Assembly: GCA_003344405.1 (NCBI GenBank)
Contig: NOWV01000103.1
Span: forward strand, 186,001-250,000
Direction of reading: 5' to 3'
DNA: 64,000 nucleotides
Source of the DNA: Trichoplax sp. H2
Taxonomy: Eukaryota
Below are positions 23,662-37,236 of this stretch, piece by piece. Each line of letters starts with the position of its first letter. Position 1 is the first letter of the stretch. The position numbers were made by a program, and so were the translations under genes. Under the pieces are notes generated by a model. It searched no databases. It was not told where the DNA came from and was given only the letters and a program-made list of their open reading frames with translations.

Positions 23662-24882
23662 TCAAAATCTAGATAATTGTTCAGCAGGTGGCTGCACCCA
23701 TCGATCGGTATGATAAACACTTTCACCTATAACCCATCCTGGTACATTCTGCATAATTTTCGCTTCCTCATATTCTAAACATTTGAGACGGCGAAGTATT
23801 CTGCCATTGTTATAAATAAGATAGCGGTAAGATGATGTATGATATCAATATTTATTCATTAGACTTTAATATTGTATTAGTTAAAACTATCTATGTTCAG
23901 GTTCATTGAACACTGTTGATATCACTAAGGAAAGTAACAAATCATTTGATGGTATACGGTAAGTGCTGTATACCGTATACAGTAGTATACTGTACATACC
24001 TTCTATCTTCTTCTGCTTGGATTAACGGCCTTACAAAGTGTCTGGCTTCTAGTCTTTCTTGTTTTAGCACTCTATTAGATGATTATTAAGGACAAAAATG
24101 ACGCGTTATTGTAAAGTAGACTGAGCTTGGACAATCCTTATAAGTATTAAATATGAGATAGATGCAACTGCAGGACACCATGTAAAGATGTAGTAAAATT
24201 AGCGAATCTACAGTACGAATTATATTACTGTACACGTATTTGATGAGAGTCCACGGCGGGACATCATCTGGATGCGGTCAATATCATTGAGGTAAGAGAA
24301 AAAGCTTTTTCTTTGAACTCTGGTCAAATACTGAAGGAATGACTTACTCGATCATAAGTACTTCACAATATCATTAATATTAGAATTATATAGTAGTTGA
24401 GTAGGATAAGAGAAGTTTATACAGTAGGTTCAATGGTCCATACGTGTATGTAGGTGCAAATGTATATCAAGTAGACCTGATTATCAAGAGTATGTATTAA
24501 AGTAGTAAAACCGTTGTAGCAAGTGCTAACACTTTCTAGTTTGGATAAAATTGTTGGAATGAAACAGCCATACAATAATAGAAGTTAGAATATCACCGTC
24601 AGTATTATGCAATTCTTCGTATTACCGTAGGTTATTCTGATTGATCAAGCTTACAGGTTACCTCCTGTGCAATAAAGCATAACAAGATATCGACAGTAAT
24701 TACCTTCGATGTCGATTGCCTTTAATTACTAGATAGAATCCAAATGACATAATTGCAGCACTACCAATGATCATTGCTGCTCCAGAGACACCTCTCCGTG
24801 GCAAATTTCGTTGATATTCTACCATGGGATAGCCACCTTTGGGCGGCATCTCCTGCCTCATCTTGACTCCATCAGACGCCAT
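23662..24882 (-). CDS. NDUFA13: NADH dehydrogenase 1 alpha subcomplex subunit 13 (GRIM-19), 3 exons, 129 aa
   Basis: Exons 24704-24882, 24000-24071 and 23662-23800 give QEMPPKGGYPMVEYQRNLPRRGVSG...RRVLKQERLEAR...PLIQAEEDRRILR...EEAKIMQNVPGWVIGESVYHTDRWVQP. Confidence 0.96.
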
Positions 24883-27488
24883 ATTGTTCTGCCGTACAGA
24901 CGGTACTCAGGTAGTGACACCCAACGGGTTTTAACCTGAAAGTGTTTTCGCTGGTGTACTGTACCGAGCACTGGGTAAGATTTTCCATGAGTGCAATACA
25001 GACTAAATCCAGTACAGTGTCAGTATGAGATCCTACAGTTTCGAACCGAACCGAACCTTTCTCAGGTCTAACTGTGTCATCCTTTTTTCGACGTCGTCTA
25101 CAGTGTCTTGAACTGTAGTATGCAGTACTAAGCACGGTAACTGTGTACTGTAGTGCTGTACAGTGTACAGTGTACAGTTTGATTATATCTGCACTCTGTA
25201 GTCTGTACTGTACACCGTATCTCGACCGGCATTTGATGCGGCTGCGCAGCACTGGCAGCCCGCACCACACGGCACTAGGCGCACCACCGCGGCTTACTGT
25301 ATACTGTACACTTGTACAGTACAGGCAGTCAATGAGTGAATTGGGGTCGAGTAGTCCTTGTCTGAACTTCGATAGTACACTGTTGAATAGTATTCCCCCA
25401 ATTCCAACTTTCAACTTGAGTACTGTTATTTTCAGAAGTAAAGAGGGAGGCATTTTGTATATTGGTTGCTGAGGATCATCTATCAGTGAAGATTGGTTGA
25501 CTGAGTTGAGTAGGAGCATTTTTTTTTACAACTGTGGTACAGTATTTCAACCAGTGAATGCTGACTACTCATGAGTCATATGTCATACGGGTTTTGTATA
25601 TTGGTTGCTGAGGATCATCGATCAGTGAAGACTGGATGACTAAGTTGAGTAGGAGCATTTTTCTTCTAACTGTGGTACAGTATTTCAACCAGTGAATGAT
25701 AACTACTCCTGAGTCATATGTCATACGATCGGTATGAGTTATTTCTGTATTCTGCTATTTGTTCTTGCGTCGCCAATTGGCAGCTACGCCTTGCCTACTT
25801 AGCAACAAGCAAACGTACAGTATGCATCTTACATTGGTTGGATAGAGTAGAGTATATACTGTAGAAGATGTTCACAAACACTATATCGGTAGAGTAAAAT
25901 CTTTGTTGACAAGTACGCGTACATGTCTACGGTCATGACAGCCGACTGTGGAAGATAGAGAATGGACTGTAAAAAGAAAGAAAGAAGGTAGAATACAATA
26001 AGTGAGGAAGAAAGAAAACAGTACTATACTTTACGCCTTCCGTGTGTACAATATGGTAGAGTTGAGTACACTACTGCTCATCATGATGGAGGCCAGATGA
26101 AAATGCATGATGAAAAAGATATTCAATACTGTACAAGTGCATCTTGATTGAACAAGTTCAATCCATTAAAATGGGCAGTAATAAAGGAAAAAAAAACTTG
26201 GTCTACCATATTCAACACTTGAATAAACAGCCATCTTCACCGCATCTCTAGTCCAACACAGTGTCTACTCGACACCATACAGTACTGTATGTTTTGCCAT
26301 GGAAACCTACATGGTCTACAGTCTACAGTACTCACTCGCGAGTCGATATTGCTTTGCCATTGGTAAAACATACTGTACACTGTAAGAGTAGATGGGTTGG
26401 CACAATAGTAGACCATGACTGCCCCCTTTTACACTAGAGCACAGTATAACCGATCGAGAGGTACTTGCGTAGTAGACTAGACGCGCCAGCACAGGCTAAA
26501 CTTATTGCTAGTAGAACTACACCGGTAGAAAACGCTCAAGCCCAAAAGAGAAAACTTTCACCACGGTGAAGATTGAACTTAACGACGTGGTGGGACTATT
26601 TTTCAATCTATTGGCGAGATACAAGCAATGTAATATGAATTAAGAGGAAAGGAGAGAACATGGACTCCGTGATTGAATAGTGTAGAATAGATCACTTGCA
26701 AATTATTCTTGACTGGCTCAAGTATCAAGTCTTCAACTCTGACTGAGTGGACATAGTTCTTAACACAAGGCAATCTCATACTGTACAACACGGTAACTGG
26801 ACGATCTCCATTCACGCTAGCGTTGTACGTCCAGCAGTATCACTTTCCAATTTCTTGAATTTGAACGTGATCTATTACAATATTGTTCAAGTAGATCGCT
26901 AACGCTACCAATTAACTTACGCTGATTGCAATCTCTTGTCCATAAAAGCACCACTTTGAACTTGGAGAAGAAGCAAAAGGTATCAAAATTATTAGGGGAA
27001 AAAAAAAAAGTGGATATCAGCAGGCCATCATAGACAAAAAACCAAATCACTCTTTGCCGGCTAGCTTCATTCTTCCTTGACATCCATAGCAATTTCCATT
27101 CAACTCTCCTTCACTGACAGTAGATCGGAAACGAAGACCCCCATTTTGACTTGTGTATACTGTCTAGTCATTATTATCGCAGTAATATTGTGGACTAATT
27201 GGATTACATCTTCAAGTAATCCGTTCTAGCGTCGACGAGTAGTTTTGAATTTTCCTTGCAATATTCAACACAACTCTACTGTAGAGTATTTTTATTGTAA
27301 GCCTTTAGGTGTTACTGTTGATATATGCTTGTGTAATTGGAACTTTTTTCTACCTTGTATTCCATACGATAACAGTTAATCCTTGATACAGTATTGACAT
27401 TTTGTCCATCCATTACTCTTCCAAAAAGATCGACGATATTGCAACCCAATTGACTCATCCACGCCATCAAGACACTCTACAATATACA
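24883..27488. promoter_or_regulatory. Divergent promoter/5'UTR region NDUFA13-CSNK1G with CAGTA/TACTG clusters and a GC-rich core
   Basis: Head-to-head genes. Pentamer clusters at about 24890-25330 and 26275-26385; GC-rich core at 25220-25295. Confidence 0.6.
25453..25727. repeat. About 137-bp tandem duplication (25453-25589 and 25592-25727) with internal inverted repeat
   Basis: ttttgtatattggttgctgaggatcatc...gagtcatatgtcatacg is present twice. Confidence 0.92.
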
Positions 27489-30400
27489 ATGCAAAGACGC
27501 GAGAAAGACACCGATCAACATCATCAACGTAAGCCGCGTGGCACACGCACAAATAGTGGTAGTCAAGCTTCCCGTGCTGGCTCAGCTTCATCCAATTCTA
27601 GTGTATTGATGGTTGGACCTAATTTTCGTGTGGGTAGACGCATTGGTCGGGGCAATTTTGGCGAAATTTATTTAGGTATGATCGTTATTCAACGGCAATA
27701 TCGTACTCATTTCTATCATCCAACCAAACTAGTCGATTCATTCTTGCTGCCTGCCTGACAATATCAATTTTGTTCTAATAACCAATACCAAGTTCTTTTC
27801 AACTCATTGAAATCGTACTCGTTTTATTCTACCGACGCCGATTGTGTCGTTGGAATCTTGTCGTAGCTTTATTGAGTTGTACTTTACGTATTCAGAGGTA
27901 CTACTCTGCCTCTAACAAAGCCTCCATACCCTACTTTTTCAACTCTCCTAAAACACAATCACTTCTCATTGCACGCTTGTTAATGTCGTTTATAGAAAGG
28001 CAATTATTGTATTTGCAGCATTTACCATTAATCAAGACGATCAAATCCATCTTCATTGATGTTGTAGCCGCGCTCGTTTTTACATGCCGTTGCAGTTGGG
28101 CAATATCGATCGTTGACAAGCAATAGTATACTGTTGGCAATGGTTACATAGACAGTGAACAAGGAGTGCCATCGAGGTATTACTTTTACCGCTATAGTTA
28201 GTACTGCATCGTGGATACTACAGTAGTACACTCCCATTTTGATGGCTGTCATCATTACAAATAGTGTCGGTGTTGGATGCAATATCCAATACTTTGACCA
28301 TGGCCATTGTAGAAATCAATAGTCAACTACCAAAGCATGATGGACGGCAGATTGTTCTAATGACTACAGTCCTACTATCCAATAGACTGTTTGAGCACTT
28401 ACTACTGTAAATAGAAAATCCACTTGGCATCAACTGGAATTTCTACAAGTGCCGTCAACATCTTTCCAATATTTCAACATACTCAATCGACTCCCAGATG
28501 CACAAATAAAAACCTTCCAATACAACTCGATTCAGTTAATCGATCGATCAATCATGATTGCCAATCTCTTCTTGGTCTTGTCATCAAATTGTAGACCATG
28601 ACTACTGCAATAAATTATCTTTGCTAAATAGTCATGTTGAAATAATAGTCTAAATGGAATTAACCAAGCTCCTATTTCTAAGCGTTCGCCTTGATTTTTT
28701 TTTGTTCGCAGTGCAACAACTAATAGAGACAGTAGTCGACACAATACATAACCACGCTACAGTACACACTACACAGTATGGCAGAAGAGTTGTGTACTGC
28801 ATGTGGCTATCGCTTACAATAGCTTAATGTCCGATTGAAATAAAAAATTTTAAACAGTTGTAGTCTAAATCCCTAATATTTTTTTTTTTTTCTTCTTTTC
28901 ACTTCCTACTCTTGACTCAAATGGTCACTGATTCACCCACTATTCCATAACTTACTTGTTGATGTCTAAAGAGGGGATTCTGATCGAGATGGAAATGCTA
29001 TTTGCCTTCATGATACATCGACTAGAATATAACTTGATATATTAACCTTAATCTAGCAATGCTGTCCAAAAAAATGATTTAATCGACAATGGCATGCTAC
29101 AGATGTGATTTACCTTTTCTTATTTGAGTCACTTTGTAAAAAAAAGTGTCTTCAAAAATTTTATTTTTTCTCCTTTTATTGTTTTATCCATTCCTTCAAT
29201 TTGAAACCTAATATACTACGTAAAAGATACATTTACTTGATGAGCGACCCAATATACTATCTGTGTAACAATTGCTTTCTTTAATTTTGCCTTGTATGCC
29301 AAATGATATCATATAGTCAGCTCACTACTGTACGTTGCTATGCTTTTATTGAGATTGTACAACATTTAACTTACTTTAAAACGAATGACAGTATGATATT
29401 GTTCATTTACACATTATCTTACAGCATTGAAACCAATTATCTTTTCTAGTTACCAACGTGATTGTCTTGACATAATGATTGTTATATTATATTATTTTTT
29501 ATAAGACGAATCGGGCCCCCCCCAAAAATGGGGCAAAATTGTCACATTAACTTACTAGATTACGGAATCTTCTACACTATATCACTCAATTCCTATCGAT
29601 CGTTGTCAAGCGTATCCATGCTGTTATAAAAATATGAGAAGTTATTCCGTACTTCAGATTGTAGCGGGAGTAATGGCAATTCCTTCAATCTGACTTTTAT
29701 ATTGCAGTTGACTTCTTCCTAATGACTTTGGATTCAAATAACGCTTTCAAATAATCGACAGGATGTACACTACAATATTCTCACATCAGTTCAGTCTACA
29801 TTTTACTTATGGAATAGGGAAATTATATCATGTTGATAGCGATATCTCGACACTAAAATTATAATAGTACTGTATACAAAGGTACACTCGTAAAATTTAG
29901 AACTAGCTAATAATTACTATAACACTAGTTTTGTATAGCACTTGTAAAATCTTTCGAATACATTCGATACTACAGTCAAAGACTGCAAAATTTGGATGGG
30001 ATGATGATGTTACTGAATGTACCATTTTTAGATACTAAAGGCAAAATACGTAACTGTTACAACTGCCTATTTTACTGAATAAAATTACAAACGAGCAACG
30101 TTAAGACCCTTTTCCATGAGTGTATACTGTATAGGCTTCTTAACCAATGCTAAAATTTCACTTGAATATCGAGAACACCAGTACTATGTATAATTTGTGA
30201 TTTATGTATCCGACTTGATGAATTTTTATTTATTGTCTGATTGACAATAGTTTTGTGATACTGTGCGTGCAATATAGCTTGATTAAGATCAAATTTTAAA
30301 TACGTATCATACATAGAATTATTCTAGTGATGAGACACCATGGTATTGCTCATTCGAAAGTTTTTTACTAAAATAGTATTTTTATTGAAATTCCATTGGA

Positions 30401-33400
30401 CAGGTAAAAATCTCTATAATAACGAACGAGTGGCGATTAAATTGGTAAGTTTATTCACCTTTTTGTTGCGATTAGTAATCAGTCATATCAAGCGCGTAAA
30501 CAAATTTTGATAAAATGAGATGTGGATGGAAATACGCGCAAACTAATAATTATTATATACAGTACTGTACAGTAATAGATGATGATAATAGTTCAAGCGC
30601 ACAAAGGATATACGCAAATTTGTAATAGTTGCTATGATTGTTTAGTTTTTATTTTCCCACTGCGTGTACTGCGTAATATGATATATTTATGTTATAGCCG
30701 TAGCTTCATACAATTTTGAACCACCTTGCTAACGTTAGACCTACAACAATATTTACCTTTTGATCTATATATATACTGTAGAGCGTTATTCTCCATTATA
30801 TATTAGTAAAAGGTCGAATTTTTAAGGAGCTAAGAATAGTTTTGATTATTCCATTCAATTACTATCTTCGTCAGATTAATACTTGTGTACGGATTATAAC
30901 GTTTTGTGACACTGTGAGCCTTCATGATATTATTTACAGTGTACTTGTTACCGTTATTTGCCGTAATTAACTACATTAACCGGAATCATCTTCCATTTTA
31001 AATGCATTATAGGAAGCAATGAAAACACGAGCTCCTCAATTGCATCTAGAATATCGTTTCTATAAAGTATTAGGCAAAAATGGTAAGAGATTTACTAACT
31101 TAAGTTTGTATTCTAAAATTGATACAGTAAAGAGTATAACATTCTAGTTTATCTACTATCATTCCCTTTGATTATTCTACACTTGTACTCACTGTATTTT
31201 ACCGTTTAATCTTCGAAAGTTTTGCTCATCGATAATGCTGCAGTCTTATCTGATTGCTAATAATTAATCATACCGTTATCGATATGTGATTAAGTAAATA
31301 AATTAAGACGCTACTCCTGATGATACTATTTTCATAGAGAAGTATTTCTTTACTATTATTATTGTCTCTTGACAATAATTATTATGAACTGAATCCAAGA
31401 TAAAATACGATCGAAACTGTATCCAAAATACCTCTATCTTTCAATTTTTATATCATTCGTGGTACAAACTGCCGAACGATAGATAATCCTACAGTAATCA
31501 CAAATATACTTACGAATTAGTACGCTGCCAGTCATCAATTTCATCTTTTCATAATGACATGCAATATCCTATCGTATATTTTCAATTTTTTTTTCTCTAT
31601 TCTATCCATTTGATTCTATTTTTGTATTATACGCAACGTATAGAAAATATTTATACTTCTATTTTTTATGCCGAATTTTTTAGCTATTTTCTTCCAATGA
31701 AGTATTGTTAGACGATTAAGTTACAGTTACTATACTGTAGTGACTACTGAGTTGCAAAGTGATTTTGGCTTCAAGTGTGAAAGCTACAGATCATTTGATT
31801 AATATAATAGGATTTTAATATGGTCATGTTACGGTATTAAATTTGCCGTTGTTTCACACTGATAGTGCAGTAATTATATTATAGTACTATATACTGTAGT
31901 GTTGTGCCGTTTATGGATACACGATCTATAGGTATTAATGTACTTGACATTACTTACTTTGTCGCTTACTTGTTCATAACTTTAGTGTAATATAATAATG
32001 TGGAATTTAGTGTAGATATTTTCAGCTTACTAACTTTACTCTTCATTTTTTTTTTTTAACTTAGTACAAATTTATTAGTGCCTTAAATTTTATTCTAAGC
32101 ATTTCGTTCATTTTCTTTTCTACCAAATTTCTTATATTGAACGCTAAAAGAAACAGATATAGTGTATCTGTACTTTTTTACGCATTCTAAATATCCATGC
32201 TGGTACAGTTGGCGAAAGTTGATAAGCAGATATAAATATCGTTATTGCACTTCTCTTTTTGAGCTCTATTTGCTATCTCAGATGTTAGGAATATTTCTAA
32301 TTAGCTGAATAATGAATGGCTCGCGATTAGATGTAAAATTTTCGTAGGGTATACATATCTTTTAATTTATTATAAATTTATCTTAAGGCCGTTTTTTTTT
32401 ATTCATTTATAATAATTGAAATTATTTTTATCTATTTATGATACTGCCCAACAAGGGAATCATGCAGATGCTACTTACATAGTATTAAAAATTAAACCTG
32501 ATTAGTGGTAAACTGTCATATTTATGGTAGAAAATTATAATAGCATTTATTTACGCACAATGTATAANNNNNNNNNNNNNNNNNNNNTTTCATCTTTTCA
32601 TAATGACATGCAATATCCTATGGTATATTTTCAATTTTTTTTTCTCTATTCTATCCATTTGATTCTATTTTTGTATTATACGCAACGTATAGAAAAATAT
32701 TTATACTTCTATTTTTTATGCCGAATTTTTTAGCTATTTTCTTCCAATGAAGTATTATTAGACGATTAAGTTACAGTTACTATAGTGACTACTGAGTTGC
32801 AAAGTAATTTTGGCTTCAAGTGTGAAAGCTACAGATCATTTGATTAATATAATAGGATTTTAATATGGTCATGTTACGGTATTAAATTTGCCGTTGTTTC
32901 ACACTGATAGTGCAGTAATTATATTATAGTACTATATACTGTAGTGTTGTGCCGTTTATGGATACACGATCTATAGGTATTAATGTACTTGACATTTACT
33001 TACTTTGTCGCTTACTTGTTCATAACTTTAGTGTAATATAATAATGTGGAATTTAGTGTAGATATTTTCAGCTTACTAACTTTACATAGTGTATCTGTAC
33101 TTTTTTACGCATTCTAAATATCCATGCTGGTACGGTTGGCGAAAGTTGATAAGCAGATATAAATATCGTTATTGCACTTCTCTTTTTGAGCTCTATTTGC
33201 TATCTCAGATGTTAGGAATATTTCTAATTAGCTGAATAATGAATGGCTCACGATTAGATGTAAAATTTTCGTAGGGTATACATATCTTTTAATTTATTAT
33301 AAATTTATCAGTTAAGCAGTGATTATTCTTAAGGCCGTCTTTTTTTTATTCATTTATAATAATTGAAATTATTTTTATCTATTTATGATACTGCCCAACA

Positions 33401-36400
33401 AGGGAATCATGCAGATGCTACTTACATAGTATTAAAAATTAAACCTGATTAGTGGTAAACTGTCATATTTATGGTAGAAAATTATAATAGCATTTATTTA
33501 CGCACAATGTATAAATCGAGCGTAGCTAATTGCAAATATTATTACATTGATCTTGGTATACTACATAATGTTTAAAGGATTTATATATAGTCTATTGTAG
33601 TAGATACGTACATATAGCTTGGCCGTGTAGTTAACGCTCTATTAACTAAGTTATACAAGTATTATAATCGTCAGCGACTATCAGACAATGCTGGAGTTGT
33701 GATTAGCTATGCTCAATGTCATACTAAACTACGCTGTAGTATACAGGTATAATGATTGATGAAGGCATTTTAAGTTATATATTAAACATCAGTAAAAATG
33801 ACTACTTAATAAGTAGTTAATTATGATTATGTTATTAATATTGAATTAATATTGCAATTTTATCGCTGATATTTATTGTTTGTATTGAAATATTGCACGA
33901 CAATGTCTGTTTTGATGTACAGTATATTAGGACGGTAATCTGTAATAATATTAAAATCGCCATAGTTATAGTTACAACGAAAAAAGCGCATGAAGGTATT
34001 CTTACCTTAATTGCTTAATATATAGCACCAATGTTTTGACAGAATTTCACCTAAGATGCTATGTTATACCGTATGTACTGTATTTGTGCGCTATATGGTA
34101 TAGCGTATAGCGTACAACTCGGAATGTACGGTATTGACATTGTGAACTACTAGGGGGGTATCGATAAAGTTAGGTCTTTCTATAAAAATCGACCTTAAAA
34201 ATTGAATAGCTTATAGTTAGTTATTATTGCTAATATATACTCATAAATATAATATTAGAAATTGATATTATAATTTATATTAGAATCAGATTTATAGCAC
34301 AAACTCAAAAAATTTTCAGCCGAACTGCGGGCATGTCATGTAGTATTGTCGTCAGTTGGCTTCGCGATCTTATTAATTATTGAGAAATGATCATTTTACA
34401 TTGTGAATCAAGTACAACAATAAGTTAATAATTAATACTCTTTGATGTAATTGTATCGACGATCGGCAATTATGGTATATGATCTCGTTGTATTAAGTAA
34501 AATAGAGAGGCAATTTTATTTTATTTTTTATTCTCTAACAACGCTGTATATGTTGATAAAATATCGTAACTAAGTGTCACATCTTGATGTGTTAAACTGT
34601 CGCTACTATTTTTGTTATTCATGCTAATATTGAATGTAACTTATGTTTATTTACCGTGATTTTAACACTTTCTCATACATTAGTTGGATTACCTCAAGTC
34701 TATTACTTTGGACCATGTGGTAAATTTAATGCTATGGTTTTAGAGTTACTTGGACCTAGTTTGGAAGACCTTTTCGAATTTTGTAACCGAAAATTCTCGC
34801 TTAAAACTGTCATTCTCTTGGCGATTCAACTGGTTAGTATATTTAAAATAAATACTATAGAAAATATCATCGAAATTATTAGTTTATTCGAAATTTTTAC
34901 TTTGGCATATTTGCAATATAGTGAAATAATCTTGCAATATTGTACGACACTATGAAATTCTATCAAAAAAGTTTACTATCTACCTTGATGTGTTATCAAT
35001 ATAAAAGATAAACATTTTCCTATACTACAGATTTGTATTAATTTTTCTCTCTTTTAATTTGATTGATTTACGAAGAAAGAGTTGCATTATATGTTCTATA
35101 TCCGTTTAAATAGTTTAATATGCTTTCTGTAGTATCTTAATTAATTACTCTATTCTCTCTTGCAACATAGTATTGTTATACTGTTGTTTAATACATCTGC
35201 TTTTTTAAATCGATCATGCGATATGTATCTAGTGTAATTGCAATAAATAAACGTATATAGCTATTAGTGTACAGTGTGATACTATCGATTTAATGACTAT
35301 CCATTAATTATCGTAGTCTTTTAGAGCTCTATCGATTTTTTTGTTTAAATAACTATATGTATATATGAGACAATGTAGGAAAAAGAATATTTCTAAGAGA
35401 AGTAGTTATAATTGACTGATTAGTTATTGCACGTATAATTGCTAAATCTAGTACTGTAAAGTTTTTTACTGTAAAAAAATTATTTTATGATTCTACTCTG
35501 TCATATTGTTTGAAATTTTTTTTTTTTCAACTTTATACAAGGCTAAAATATTGTATATCTTACTTTTCATAGCTCAATAGAATTGAATACGTTCACTCGA
35601 AAAATGTGATATATCGCGATATCAAGCCAGAAAATTTTGTGCTTGGCCGCCCAAATCATAAGCATGAAAATATAATTCATATCATTGATTTTGGCTTAGC
35701 CAAAGAATATATTGATCCTGAAACGAATAAGCATATACCATATAGAGAGCATAAAAGTCTTACTGGAACAGCACGGTATATGAGTATAAATACCCATCTT
35801 GGCAAAGGTTAGTAAACTTGTAATACGCGTACATAGTCTACATTATGATTTTTATGTGTGACTAAAATTTCTTAGCTATATTGATAATGTTTTAATATGT
35901 ACAAATATCATTTGTATTACTTATGAAATCCCAAAGAGCAAAGTAGGCGTGACGATTTAGAAGCATTAGGTCATATGTTTATGTATTTCCTACGCGGTAG
36001 TTTACCATGGCAAGGTCTTACGGTAAGTAAAAAATCGAAACAATAATTCAAAAAATAGTTAAAGTGACTGTCATATTGATATCGTATATTATGTTGTTCT
36101 ATTGTAAATATATCGATATCATTTTTATAAATTATACCAACAGCAACCTTGATGATATGTATCCGAATATCTAAAAATTAAAATAGTAGGATACGATAAT
36201 AACTTATCTATACTTATGTTGTTCGTTGTTGCGCGCAGGCTGCTAATTTAAAGGAAAGATATCAAAAGATTGGTGATACCAAAAGATCAACACCGATTGA
36301 AGTTCTTTGCGAAAATTATCCAGGTATGTTGGATTTATTATAATTATAAATGCATGAGCGATTCATTTATTTTGTAATGATAACTTCTAATCCCTTGTCA

Positions 36401-37236
36401 GTTAAATTAATTTTTTTTTCACTTAAAATACAGAGGAATTTGCTTCGTATCTTCGCTATGCGAGAAGACTAGACTTTTTTGAAAAGCCAGATTATGATCA
36501 CTTACGAAATCTCTTTAAAGAATTATACAAAAAGAGAGGATATGGAGACGAAACTAAATTTGATTGGTCTGGTAAAAATGTGGTAATGATATATATTTAT
36601 ATGTAATTGACCGCTATCGACTTGGATAACTTTTTGAGAACATAGATTTATTGTTGTTATATTCAATTTAGGGTGTCATAGATCCAGCAAATAACACTAT
36701 TGAAAGGAAACCACCCTCAACTCACCCTAGAGAATCTGCAGCAAGGACAGCAACAACTACGGAAAATCAACCACGACAGGTTTTAATTGACAGTTGTATA
36801 CTTTTAAGACTATAATTAAATGCTATATACTTATGATGGCTTTATCAACAGTCGCAAAAGGAGCCTTGGGCTGATCCGTCGAAGAAAGCGCCAAATCAGC
36901 CACAGACAGCAACTACAAGGCGTGAAGAAAAGGCGGAAAAGCCAACTACAGAAGCATATAACGGAGATAGACAAGATACTCCCAATAATGGTGGATTAGA
37001 CGCCAATCCAACTGAACCCCTCACTGCTCTGAATGATACACATTCTCAAGAATCAGATAGTAGTGATGATATTAAGTAAATGCTTGTATTTAAAATACCA
37101 TCTTTCAAAGTGTTGTAACCCAGGAGTATTTCGAATTTTTAGATACTAATTATCATAATTTTTATTATCTTGCTTTAGATGTCTTTGTTGCTACATGAAA
37201 CGGCGGCGAAGAAAGGATAAAAGTCGTCATCGGTAA
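27489..37236 (+). CDS. CSNK1G: Casein kinase I gamma, 11 coding exons, about 463 aa
   Basis: Exons 27489-27675, 30404-30444, 31013-31082, 34684-34832, 35573-35807, 35937-36022, 36239-36323, 36434-36582, 36672-36779, 36852-37075 and 37179-37236 splice in frame. Motifs: [100 protein letters not shown]-terminus [13 protein letters not shown] is the gamma-type palmitoylation tail. Confidence 0.97.
31539..33514. other. Assembly gap (N 32568-32587) with about 1 kb duplicated flanks (31539-32567 vs 32588-33514) in CSNK1G intron 3
   Basis: Near-identical copies abut the gap and differ by SNPs and indels. Confidence 0.88.

Noticed and set aside
24240-24334. TGATGA...CTGA C/D-box-like pair in NDUFA13 intron 1
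   Set aside because: It is antisense to the host gene, with no terminal stem or recognisable rRNA guide.
24872-25519. 215-aa minus-strand ORF and antisense 109-aa ORF (25143-25472)
   Set aside because: The TVQY/CTV-rich translation comes from the CAGTA/TACTG promoter arrays and GC core. No recognisable domain.
27402-27488. N-terminal extensions from TTG/GTG starts in the ORF track (also 13580)
   Set aside because: These are bacterial-style start calls. The eukaryotic ATGs at 27489 and 13649 fit the homologs.
27842-28744. Several 69-94-aa ORFs in CSNK1G intron 1
   Set aside because: Overlapping on both strands with no domain signal; explained by locally higher GC in intronic DNA.
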